Virus record (IMG/VR): IMGVR_UViG_3300007790_000056
Span: 1-36,178 of that record
DNA: 36,178 nucleotides
Source: a virus
Strand: one strand, 5' to 3'
Both the position numbers and the translations under genes were made by a program. Shown here piece after piece: positions 17,509 through 25,043 of this stretch. The notes beneath the pieces are model-generated. The model did not search any database, was not told where the DNA came from, and saw nothing but the letters and a program-made list of their open reading frames with translations. Every line of letters begins with the position of its first letter. Position 1 is the first letter of the stretch.

Positions 17509-17547
17509 AAGAGGACTACCATTGTCGGTGTAGTCCTCTTTTTTTGT
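17509..17547 (+). terminator. Strong intrinsic terminator, + strand oriented
   Basis: AAGAGGACTAC-10 nt-GTAGTCCTCTT is a perfect 11-bp stem followed by TTTTTTTG. On the minus strand the stem has no U-tract. Confidence 0.8.
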
Positions 17548-17552
17548 TGCCC

Positions 17553-17687
17553 TTATTTAAAGAAACGTGTCATTGCCTTACCAACCGCACGATTGTAGAT
17601 ACGTTTACCGACTGTACCATTCTTAACTGCTGATACGTCACCTAAAAACTTAGCAAGACCATATAAGAAACTTCTAAACTTACTCAC
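17553..17687 (-). CDS. Possible small basic protein (44 aa, GTG start)
   Basis: GTG 17687 overlaps the stop of 17680..18357 and is preceded by AAGGGGGG. The product is (M)SKFRSFLYGLAKFLGDVSAVKNGTVGKRIYNRAVGKAMTRFFK. It is below the track's length cutoff. Confidence 0.3.
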   Translation of the reverse strand: MSKFRSFLYGLAKFLGDVSAVKNGTVGKRIYNRAVGKAMTRFFK

Positions 17688-18357
17688 TTACCTTACCCCC
17701 TTTTGGAAATTGCACCACGTTATTAGCCTTTGGTGGCTCGTTTAAGTGGTCAATCATCATTTCCGCTAGACTTTTACCTAAAGTAAATTCAGATAGCTTA
17801 GAAACGATTCTAATGCTTTTGAACATGATGTCATTAATCAATTCACTTCGATACTCTAGCAGGAATTCCCTGAAATATTCCCCGTTCTTCATTTTGTCAT
17901 CATATCCAATGCCAATCTTCGCTAGGTACGCTTCCACCGCTTCCATTGTCGTGTGGTAGTCCTTTGTACAACCCGTCTTGTCAATCCACTTGTCAGGTGG
18001 GAATGTTTGTAGCAGTTGGTTCATGGTCATTTCAGAAAGCATATCAAGCATAAGCGACACGTTGTTGAAGTCCTTTTCAATGTTTTCGTCATTGATTGGG
18101 TTACGGCTTTCTACAAGCACCATACAGCGGATATAGAACATAGACTTTGATTCTATCTTACCACTATAAAAAATGTTAGGTAAAATCGCTTCGCTATTGC
18201 GTGTAATGAAGCCTAACGCACGTTTATATTGTTCATGGCGTTTAACTGCACGTGTACCACGTTCTGCTGTTTCAATGATTGGTAGAACCCCTTCTTTGTA
18301 GTCACGTTTTAAACGCTTGTGAAGCCCTTCTGTGAATGACAGTGTATTGTTTTTCAT
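17680..18357 (-). CDS. Hypothetical early protein (225 aa)
   Basis: The conserved initiation region ATGAAATGAGGAATTCAAA precedes the ATG. No family was recognised. Confidence 0.8.
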   Translation of the reverse strand: MKNNTLSFTEGLHKRLKRDYKEGVLPIIETAERGTRAVKRHEQYKRALGFITRNSEAILPNIFYSGKIESKSMFYIRCMVLVESRNPINDENIEKDFNNVSLMLDMLSEMTMNQLLQTFPPDKWIDKTGCTKDYHTTMEAVEAYLAKIGIGYDDKMKNGEYFREFLLEYRSELINDIMFKSIRIVSKLSEFTLGKSLAEMMIDHLNEPPKANNVVQFPKGGKVSE

Positions 18358-18410
18358 TTTGAATTCCTCATTTCATGTAGTTTGAATGGCGGTCTGATTG
18401 ACCATAATGA
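18358..18410 (-). repeat. Early intergenic repeat, copy 1 (conserved initiation region + GGTCTGATTGACC element)
   Basis: About 90% identical to 19592-19645. It lies directly upstream of ATG 18357. Confidence 0.85.
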
Positions 18411-18474
18411 AGGGGCGTGTGTAGAACCCCTTTAAATGCCTTCTAAGCGATTTTACGGCTTATAGGTTGTCTTG

Positions 18475-19242
18475 CTATTGGAACATTAAATCATAGGTTG
18501 TAGACGTGTAACCATGCTCTTTTAACAGCTTGTACAGGAAGTATTCACCTTTGTTCGTCCACTTCATGCTCTTATACGTGTGACCGTTGTTTGCTTGCCC
18601 TGTAGGTGTAACAGTGTAGCCCTTACCTTCGTACTTGGCGTATAACTTCCAATTCCCGCTACGGTAATATTGGACACCCAACTGATTAAGCAGGCTATTC
18701 ATCTTAATACCTGACATACCGTAGTTGGTAGCAATTTGTGTGATTGTGTACAGCTTGTCAGTGTTCCCTGTAAGAACGTCAAGGGCTTCTGCTTTAGGTG
18801 CAACAATTGCCAATTCCTTCTGTACCGCTTCCTTTTCTTCCACAGCGATTAGAAGGTGCTGTAGGGCTTCTTTGTAAGAAGTAGGTAGTGCAGGCTGTTT
18901 TGGTTGCTGAAGCACTTCTTCCATAGCGTTGAAGCGTTCAATGTACTTAACAGCGAATCCTGTACCGTCAATACCTGTCATTCGATTACCGTATAACTCA
19001 CAACCCTTCTTCGTTAGTAAGAACATTGGGTAGTTTTGATTATTTTGCGGGTGTAAGTAAGTTGATTCTAGGAAATAAGGGGTATGCTCAACATTGAGCA
19101 GACCCAAATCAGCCTTAACCTTTTCAATATCACGCATAACATTTCTATGTTCACGTCCGACCATTTCCGCCACGTCTAGGCTTGTAATCATCGGTTGTTT
19201 GCTTTCTTTTGCTGTAGTGATTGGTGTGTATAATTCTGTCAT
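18475..19242 (-). CDS. Antirepressor-like regulator (Rha N-terminal domain + KilAC/ANT C-terminal domain)
   Basis: The N-terminus ITSLDVAEMVGREHRNVMRDIEK is typical of the Rha family. The C-terminus LYTITQIATNYGMSGIKMNSLLNQLGVQY...W.LYAKY is typical of KilAC. Confidence 0.8.
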   Translation of the reverse strand: MTELYTPITTAKESKQPMITSLDVAEMVGREHRNVMRDIEKVKADLGLLNVEHTPYFLESTYLHPQNNQNYPMFLLTKKGCELYGNRMTGIDGTGFAVKYIERFNAMEEVLQQPKQPALPTSYKEALQHLLIAVEEKEAVQKELAIVAPKAEALDVLTGNTDKLYTITQIATNYGMSGIKMNSLLNQLGVQYYRSGNWKLYAKYEGKGYTVTPTGQANNGHTYKSMKWTNKGEYFLYKLLKEHGYTSTTYDLMFQ

Positions 19243-19276
19243 TATAGATTCCTCATTTCATATAGTTTAGTTTTTG

Positions 19277-19591
19277 TTAGTCCATATTGGCGATAGCTTC
19301 ATGTAACTTCTCGACAAAAGCCTTTTTATCAGCATTTTCGAAAAGATTGATAAAGAGAATTGGCGGTACTAGGTAAGAGCGGTATTCTTCCCCGTTCTCG
19401 TCAGTACAGTTTAGTGTGAACACTGTCTGCTTCTCTTTGTTGTAGTTAAGGGCTTCTTCATACGAAGCAGATTTAAAGCGTAATGTAATACCGTAAGTTG
19501 CTTCTGTTTTTTCGATGTGTTCTTTCATGGCTTTCACTGTTTCCTGCACATAAGTAGTCATAGCCTTTTCAGTTGATACTTTTTTCTTCAT
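19277..19591 (-). CDS. Hypothetical early protein (104 aa)
   Basis: It has the conserved initiation region. It shows weak similarity to the neighbouring 19691..20308 product. Confidence 0.8.
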   Translation of the reverse strand: MKKKVSTEKAMTTYVQETVKAMKEHIEKTEATYGITLRFKSASYEEALNYNKEKQTVFTLNCTDENGEEYRSYLVPPILFINLFENADKKAFVEKLHEAIANMD

Positions 19592-19645
19592 TTTGAATTC
19601 CTCATTTCATATAGTTTTTGAATGGCGGTCAATTGACCATAATAG
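19592..19645 (-). repeat. Early intergenic repeat, copy 2 (conserved initiation region + perfect palindrome GGTCAATTGACC at 19627-38)
   Basis: It lies directly upstream of ATG 19591. Confidence 0.85.
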
Positions 19646-19690
19646 GGGGTGGCTCAAGATTGAGCAGACCCCGCAAAAGGTACTACCTAA

Positions 19691-20308
19691 TTAAAGATAG
19701 TGTTTGATTGTTTGTTCTACTGCATAGCATAGGGCGTGATAACTGATATTCTTTTTAGCAGTTGGTGATAGGTGGTGCGGAATATCAACGTTCATTTCAA
19801 TAGTCACCCCGTCCTTAGTGAAGTCCACGAACAGGCGGTTATCAGGAACGAAATGACTGTAGTAAGGCTTACAACGGAAGTCTTTAGGCTTCAAATTGCT
19901 TGTATGCTCTTTCAACGTAGCTGTAAGCCCACTTACGAGCATTTCATTCGTCTTTCTGATTACATCACTGTAAACTAGCAATTCTTCAGGTAGGTTCGAC
20001 ATCATGAACACGTCCGTTAGTGCCTTGTTAAGTGCAAACATTAGCTTGTCACACGTTTCCTTTGAATCAGCGTGGCGCAAGAAGTAAGTAACAGGGCTAA
20101 GAGTGCCAACGTAGTCATATCCTTCCTCATTCGTGAAAGTGATAGCACATACAACCTTGTCAAAACCATTAATAACCGCTTTAGCTTCTACAAATTCCAT
20201 TTCTTCAACTTTTGAAAGTTCCTTCGTATTCTTAGCGATTAGCTGTGCTTCTTCCACCGCCATAGTTACAGTAGTTTCGATGTGTGATTCAGTTAAAATG
20301 TTTGTCAT
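19691..20308 (-). CDS. Hypothetical early protein (205 aa)
   Basis: ATG 20308 (MTNILTESH) is preceded by GGAGGAA at 7 nt. The track's extension to 20407 crosses a terminator and a promoter. Confidence 0.75.
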   Translation of the reverse strand: MTNILTESHIETTVTMAVEEAQLIAKNTKELSKVEEMEFVEAKAVINGFDKVVCAITFTNEEGYDYVGTLSPVTYFLRHADSKETCDKLMFALNKALTDVFMMSNLPEELLVYSDVIRKTNEMLVSGLTATLKEHTSNLKPKDFRCKPYYSHFVPDNRLFVDFTKDGVTIEMNVDIPHHLSPTAKKNISYHALCYAVEQTIKHYL

Positions 20309-20356
20309 AGTGAATTCCTCCGATAATATAATAGTATTTGTTGACATTACAATGTT

Positions 20357-20386
20357 AAAAAGAAGAAGGGTCAACTTACGACCCTT
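20357..20386 (-). terminator. Promoter-proximal intrinsic terminator in the leader of 19691..20308
   Basis: On the minus strand, AAGGGTC-gtaagtt-GACCCTT (7 bp) is followed by CTTCTTTTTAA. Confidence 0.6.
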
Positions 20387-20441
20387 TAAAATTCCCGCAC
20401 AGACCAATGGCGAGCAAGTAAAGTTATGAGCAATAACCTTA

Positions 20442-20453
20442 CTGTAATTACAT
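20442..20453. promoter_or_regulatory. Operator-like palindrome CTGTAATTACAT, copy 1
   Basis: A perfect 10-bp palindrome, TGTAATTACA, abuts the -10 and covers the predicted start site. Confidence 0.6.
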
Positions 20454-20481
20454 TATAACATACTTTTTAATGCTGTGCGAA
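20452..20481 (-). promoter_or_regulatory. Internal early promoter (extended -10)
   Basis: The minus strand reads TTCGCA-18 nt-TATAAT with TGT immediately upstream of the -10. It is followed by the palindrome TGTAATTACA. Confidence 0.6.
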
Positions 20482-20510
20482 TAATTGTTGACATTACGAG
20501 TAAAAAGGTA

Positions 20511-20861
20511 CTAAAGCCCTATGCGGTTTAAATCTTTCACTGTAGATAGAACACGCATGATATTAGGTAGGTATAGACCATGCTTGGCTAATTTGTGCGC
20601 TAGTTGACCAAGAGTGGCAGGGGTAGCTTCAGGATTAGCCACCGCTTCGTTGATTTCCAATAGGATAGATTGGACTGAATCAAGTGGACGAAAACCTGTA
20701 AACTTAGCACCACGTCCCTGAAGTTCATAGAAGCACTCTAGGCAAGACTTGGCGAATTTTGCGTGAATAGGGTTATCCATATTGATAACGTCCCCTAATT
20801 GGTCTAATTCGTTGCTGAAATAGGTTGTTAAGATGTGTGATTCTTGTTCTGTTAGTTTCAT
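20511..20861 (-). CDS. Hypothetical early protein (116 aa)
   Basis: ORF with a 4-nt start/stop overlap with the upstream gene. No family was recognised. Confidence 0.8.
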   Translation of the reverse strand: MKLTEQESHILTTYFSNELDQLGDVINMDNPIHAKFAKSCLECFYELQGRGAKFTGFRPLDSVQSILLEINEAVANPEATPATLGQLAHKLAKHGLYLPNIMRVLSTVKDLNRIGL

Positions 20862-21322
20862 TGCTCTTGTCCTCCTTTTAGATATGTGCCTGACAGCTTG
20901 TAGTAGCCTTCCTTAGCCACCCAAGATATAAAGTAGTTGTTCACTTCTACATCACCCGTAGGAAGCACCCTAGCCCCTATCATGGTGTTTAAATCAGCCC
21001 CGTAGTCGTCAGCCACCGCTTCAAGGATAGCAAACAAGTGTTCTGATACCACTAAACATGGCTCATATTCGAAGCGGTCTACAGAAGCTACATCTAATTC
21101 TTCTTCTACTGATTCACATACTTCAGCGAATATTGCACGTCTGAATGTAGGGTCACTTTCTGCGGGTACAGCCTGAATGCTTTCAAGCTGTTCTGTAAGC
21201 TGTTCACGTTCCTTAGAAAGCGTCATAGCTTCCTCATTGGATAAACCACCTTCAAAGAGAAGGTAGTCTTGTAACTGTGCTGTGATGTGGTTGATACGGT
21301 TTTGAATGTTAGTTGCTGTCAT
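20858..21322 (-). CDS. Hypothetical acidic early protein (154 aa)
   Basis: ATG 21322 gives 8-nt spacing from AAGGGGGAA. ATG 21328 is too close to that RBS. Confidence 0.75.
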   Translation of the reverse strand: MTATNIQNRINHITAQLQDYLLFEGGLSNEEAMTLSKEREQLTEQLESIQAVPAESDPTFRRAIFAEVCESVEEELDVASVDRFEYEPCLVVSEHLFAILEAVADDYGADLNTMIGARVLPTGDVEVNNYFISWVAKEGYYKLSGTYLKGGQEQ

Positions 21323-21335
21323 TGTCATTTCCCCC

Positions 21336-21800
21336 TTATACTAAAGCCTTTAGCATGAATTTAAGTTGTGCTAAGCGTGTCTTGTAATCGCCTTTGCGGT
21401 TTTCCACTGTTTCGCAGTAGATAATTTCCCCGTCCTCTAGGATTGTTACTGTGATGTCATGCCCTTCAGCTACTTCAAAGTCTGTAGCAGTCACTTCTAA
21501 TTCTAATGACCCTTCAGCACCCTTAACAGCTAACTTAACTTCTTTCTTCAGTTGGGCAACTGTTACGAATACTTCTACGGGTTTCTTCTCATGTAGTGTA
21601 TAGTCGTTGTGACCGCTTGTTTTGATTACGTCTAGTAATTCTTCACGTGTCATGTAAGACCAATCATAAGTTTGAACGATACGTCCTTCGATTACTTTTT
21701 CAGCGATAATTGTTTCACCGTCAATATATACGTTGTGGAATACGTTGTTATCACCGTTAGATTTAATTACTGTAGTTACTGTTTCGAATGCTTGTTTCAT
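21336..21800 (-). CDS. Hypothetical early protein (154 aa), first gene of the leftward operon
   Basis: It has the conserved initiation region AGAAATGAGGAATTCAAA-ATG and lies downstream of the leftward promoter. Confidence 0.8.
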   Translation of the reverse strand: MKQAFETVTTVIKSNGDNNVFHNVYIDGETIIAEKVIEGRIVQTYDWSYMTREELLDVIKTSGHNDYTLHEKKPVEVFVTVAQLKKEVKLAVKGAEGSLELEVTATDFEVAEGHDITVTILEDGEIIYCETVENRKGDYKTRLAQLKFMLKALV

Positions 21801-21834
21801 TTTGAATTCCTCATTTCTATTAGTTGTTTTATTA

Positions 21835-21846
21835 CTGTAATTACAT
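21835..21846. promoter_or_regulatory. Operator-like palindrome CTGTAATTACAT, copy 2
   Basis: It has the same position relative to the leftward promoter as copy 1 has to its promoter. Confidence 0.6.
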
Positions 21847-21873
21847 CTTAACCCCTTATTAATGTAATGTCAA
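21845..21873 (-). promoter_or_regulatory. Leftward early promoter
   Basis: The minus strand reads TTGACA (plus 21868-73), a 17-nt spacer, then TAAGAT (plus 21845-50). Confidence 0.7.
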
Positions 21874-22627
21874 CTGTTATTATTAAATTAATTAAATTAG
21901 TTTTATTTGATAGTCCAATTATGGTCTTTAGGTAGTCCCTTCTATTCCTTTGTTATTAAGTGGAACAGGTGTATTAAGTGGTGGAATCTCTATTAGTAAG
22001 GCTCTATAAACCCCTATGTAAAAGCCTTTGTGTAGTATCTGATTAAGGTTATACATATATAGGGTGTATATGAAGTGTCTTGTATATAGTAGTTATCTAT
22101 TCAGTCTAGTGTGTAAGAAGTGGGTCAATCCCTTGTGGCTCTAAGGCTGAAGCCTGTTTCAAAGCTAGTCGGTATGGCATTACACAATGTGTTATATCAT
22201 TGTTATATAGCCGTACCGAGTAACTTTAATACCTTGTAAACCCTTATGTATCAAGGGTTTGAAGGCTATTTAAGTAAAAGACTGAATAGGTTTTAATAGA
22301 GATTACAAGAAAGGTTATAAAAGAGGTTATATAGATACTAATAGATAGATTATATTAATAGATATACTGAATGGTCATAGGAATATAATTGTCCTTCCCT
22401 CTTGGTTATATATAGTAATAAGAGATATATAGTAAAAAGTGATTCAATAACTGTAGTTGTCTTATATTATAGATAAGTGGGAAAAAGTAGCCTAGTTAGC
22501 ACGTTATTAGTAAGAGGGTATTTTATTAATAGCAGAATGGGAAAAAGTAGACTTCAACTGACGATAAAGGTAAGAGATATGTTTAAAGACTATTCAAAGG
22601 GGCTATATACTACATTGAGAACAAGTT
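21874..22627. other. ~750-bp ORF-free, AT-rich, repeat-dense region between divergent early promoters (candidate replication origin)
   Basis: TGGGAAAAAGTAG occurs twice (22478-90, 22538-50). TATTAAGTGG occurs twice (about 21953 and 21971). TAAACCC(C/T)TATGTA occurs twice. TAAGAGATAT-type and TAGATA reiterations are present. There are nested inverted repeats, TCGGTATGGC/GCCGTACCGA at 22169-22220. The region is adjacent to the initiator gene. Confidence 0.4.
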
Positions 22628-22657
22628 TTGACATTACATTAAATAATGTGTTATAAT
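22628..22657 (+). promoter_or_regulatory. Rightward early promoter (consensus -35, extended consensus -10)
   Basis: TTGACA (22628-33), an 18-nt spacer ending in TGT, then TATAAT (22652-57). Confidence 0.8.
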
Positions 22658-22667
22658 GTAATTACAG
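22656..22667. promoter_or_regulatory. Operator-like palindrome ATGTAATTACAG, copy 3
   Basis: TGTAATTACA abuts the -10 of the rightward promoter. Confidence 0.6.
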
Positions 22668-22692
22668 ATAACAAAGAAAGAGGGAATCGGAA

Positions 22693-24558
22693 ATGAGTAA
22701 TCAAACAGTGGCAATTCACATTGACGGTGTAAGGCACAGCATTAAGCCTAAGACCAACCTAAGCAAAAAGACTTCACGTGTCCAAGAGGTGACACCCGAA
22801 CAATTCAAGAATGTACTGACTAATGGTATGACGGTATGCCTAGCAGAATTCACTACAGCATATCCTTGGGCTTCAGAAGCGGAATTCGTACAACAACAAT
22901 ACTTCATGTTAGACTTCGATAACTACGAGGTTATAGACAAGGAGAAGGTACGATTCACAGATAGCCGTTACCTAAGTTTTGAAGAAGCTAAGAACAACCG
23001 CTTCCTGCAAGAGAACGCTATCTTTATGTATAAGACGTTTTCAGACGCAGAAGGACATGACCGCTTTCGTGTAGCTTTCAAGTTGGATAAGCCTATGACA
23101 GAAGTAGTTGAAGCCTTAAAGGTGAACATGGCACTTCTAAAGCACTTCCCCAACGCAGACGCAAACTGTAAAGATATTAAGCGTATTTCATTCGGTGGTA
23201 AGAGCGAACATCACATATTCGATTATAACAACGTCCTGAAACACGCTTCATTGGACACAGAACAGCTTGAATTGAATCAGAAGCAAGTAGCAAGCAATTC
23301 ATTCGAAAACAGCGCAGAACTAACGACAAACAGCGATACACACGAAATCGTGTCGATGATTGCTAATGGTGAGATTACAGAACTACAGGAAAAGCTAAAC
23401 ATTGAAGGCGTTGTCTACCCTTCAGTGTACGTGGTGAAAGCACAGTTGAAGAAGATTAATCTTGCTGAAGTATTCAATGTTCCGCTTGGTATTAACTTCT
23501 GTGACATATTCCATGAAGAAAGCAACCCTTCAGCACGTATTTACAAGAATGACAATGGCGAATACGTTTACACGTGTTTCTCCGCTTCGAATAAATATGC
23601 AGGGGACATTATCAGTGTTATCCAACGTATTAGAGATTGCCAATACCATGAAGCGATTGAGTTTCTAATGTGTATGTTCGACATCACTATTAAGGTGAAC
23701 GAGGACGTACAACGTATTCACAACCAACTAGACTTGGTTATCGGCTTGTTAGAGGACGTGAACACGCTTAAAAAGGAATATCCTGACGTACACAAGGTAT
23801 TCATTAACCCTAAGAACCGTTCTTATTGCAGACAGATTCTACAACTATTCAGAAATCATACATTTATCGACTACAAGACAGGCGAACAGCAGGTAGCTAT
23901 CACAATGTCAGTGGACACGATTATGTATATGCTTAGTTGCAACAGCAGACAGACAATTAATGACGCTTTAATCAAACTTCGTACAATCGGCTTGATTAAG
24001 TCACTAGACGATACAGAAGTACCACAGCACGTATTAGTTAAAATGCGTGATAGCCAACTGAAACGTAATATTGACGTTGGACGCTTCACCAACCGAACAA
24101 ATATGCACTCATGCAGTATTCAAAACAATATGCTTGGTGTCATTTCTAAAGGGTGCGGTGAATATCGTGAAAAACGTATCACAATCGCTACAATGAGTAA
24201 TAAAGGTATTGGCTTGGCGTTAGGTGAGGAAAAGAGAAAAGAAACATTCGTACATGACCAAAACAAGCAAGCTGTATCACCGAAAGTGCAGAAACAAGTT
24301 GATTCATTGATTAAATACGCTGATAAGTTTATCGAAAAGAAAGGCTACGCTTGTGACGCAGATTTAATTAACAAATTCAATCAGGGCTTTAAGCTAGGGT
24401 CTAAAGCGAAAGCTAAACGTATCTACGATGAACTACGAAGCGGAATGATTGCACAAGGTAATTTTAAAGCCATTCAAAATAACAAGGAGAATCGCCAAGA
24501 ACATAACATACAAGAACGTATGCAAGGCGGTCATTTCTATATCAAAGGAGAGAAATAA
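22693..24558 (+). CDS. Replication initiator / primase-like protein (AEP-like N-terminus + degenerate CHC2 zinc-finger-like segment)
   Basis: FMLDFDN is a DxD-type motif, and GHDRFRVAFKL is also present. CDIFHEESNPSARIY...YTCFS resembles the DnaG CHC2 finger (CPFHxEKTPSF...YxCFGCG) with the last Cys pair lost. At 621 aa it is the only obvious replication enzyme. Confidence 0.6.
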   Translation: MSNQTVAIHIDGVRHSIKPKTNLSKKTSRVQEVTPEQFKNVLTNGMTVCLAEFTTAYPWASEAEFVQQQYFMLDFDNYEVIDKEKVRFTDSRYLSFEEAKNNRFLQENAIFMYKTFSDAEGHDRFRVAFKLDKPMTEVVEALKVNMALLKHFPNADANCKDIKRISFGGKSEHHIFDYNNVLKHASLDTEQLELNQKQVASNSFENSAELTTNSDTHEIVSMIANGEITELQEKLNIEGVVYPSVYVVKAQLKKINLAEVFNVPLGINFCDIFHEESNPSARIYKNDNGEYVYTCFSASNKYAGDIISVIQRIRDCQYHEAIEFLMCMFDITIKVNEDVQRIHNQLDLVIGLLEDVNTLKKEYPDVHKVFINPKNRSYCRQILQLFRNHTFIDYKTGEQQVAITMSVDTIMYMLSCNSRQTINDALIKLRTIGLIKSLDDTEVPQHVLVKMRDSQLKRNIDVGRFTNRTNMHSCSIQNNMLGVISKGCGEYREKRITIATMSNKGIGLALGEEKRKETFVHDQNKQAVSPKVQKQVDSLIKYADKFIEKKGYACDADLINKFNQGFKLGSKAKAKRIYDELRSGMIAQGNFKAIQNNKENRQEHNIQERMQGGHFYIKGEK

Positions 24559-24559
24559 T

Positions 24560-24901
24560 ATGTATTTATCAAAACTAAACAAAAAAGACGTATTCTTCAA
24601 AATGGAGAACATCAAAAAAGAGGAATTCTATCTTATTTCAGCCTATAACGAAGTGACCGAAAAGGTAGTGAAGGTTTACGGTATGACGGGTGAAGAAGTG
24701 CAGGAATTGCTATTGGACGCTGAAGATTCTGAATTACTGATTGACTGCTTAAGACAATACAATCCTGACGTGTACTTGGTGGTGTTCGACATATTCAAGG
24801 ACGATGAAACATTCTATAGCTTCACCAATGGCGACATTGACCACTTCTTCGGTATCATCAACGGCTATAATGAGTTGATTGACAAGGAAAAAGTAATGTG
24901 A
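24560..24901 (+). CDS. Hypothetical acidic protein (113 aa)
   Basis: ATG 24560 follows AAAGGAGAG and the primase stop. The track's start at 24449 overlaps the primase gene without an RBS. Confidence 0.75.
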   Translation: MYLSKLNKKDVFFKMENIKKEEFYLISAYNEVTEKVVKVYGMTGEEVQELLLDAEDSELLIDCLRQYNPDVYLVVFDIFKDDETFYSFTNGDIDHFFGIINGYNELIDKEKVM

Positions 24902-24908
24902 TAAGTAA

Positions 24909-24938
24909 TTCGCACAAATGGTCAAAATATGTTATAAT
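24909..24938 (+). promoter_or_regulatory. Middle promoter, paralogous to the one at 20452-20481
   Basis: TTCGCACA-N-TATGTTATAAT: -35 TTCGCA, an 18-nt spacer, extended -10. Confidence 0.55.
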
Positions 24939-24965
24939 AAGGTATAAAGATTTTAGTGGTAATAG

Positions 24966-25000
24966 AGATAGGCTCAATCTTGGGCTTATCTATTATTTTT
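24966..25000 (+). terminator. Promoter-proximal terminator-like hairpin
   Basis: AGATAGGC-10 nt-GCTTATCT (8 bp, one G-U) followed by ATTATTTTT. It lies about 20 nt downstream of the predicted start site. Confidence 0.5.
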
Positions 25001-25043
25001 AAAATAGTAATGTTAAACGTTGTAATTATAGGAGGAATAAAAA

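Larger units (their letters stand above)
17399..17547 (+). ncRNA. Candidate ~150-nt small RNA (promoter-to-terminator unit with no ORF)
   Basis: It is bounded by the promoter at 17364-92 and a strong + strand terminator at 17509-47. It contains hairpin H3. The only ATG (17398) gives 4 codons. It is antisense to the 5' leader of 16980..17339. Confidence 0.4.
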
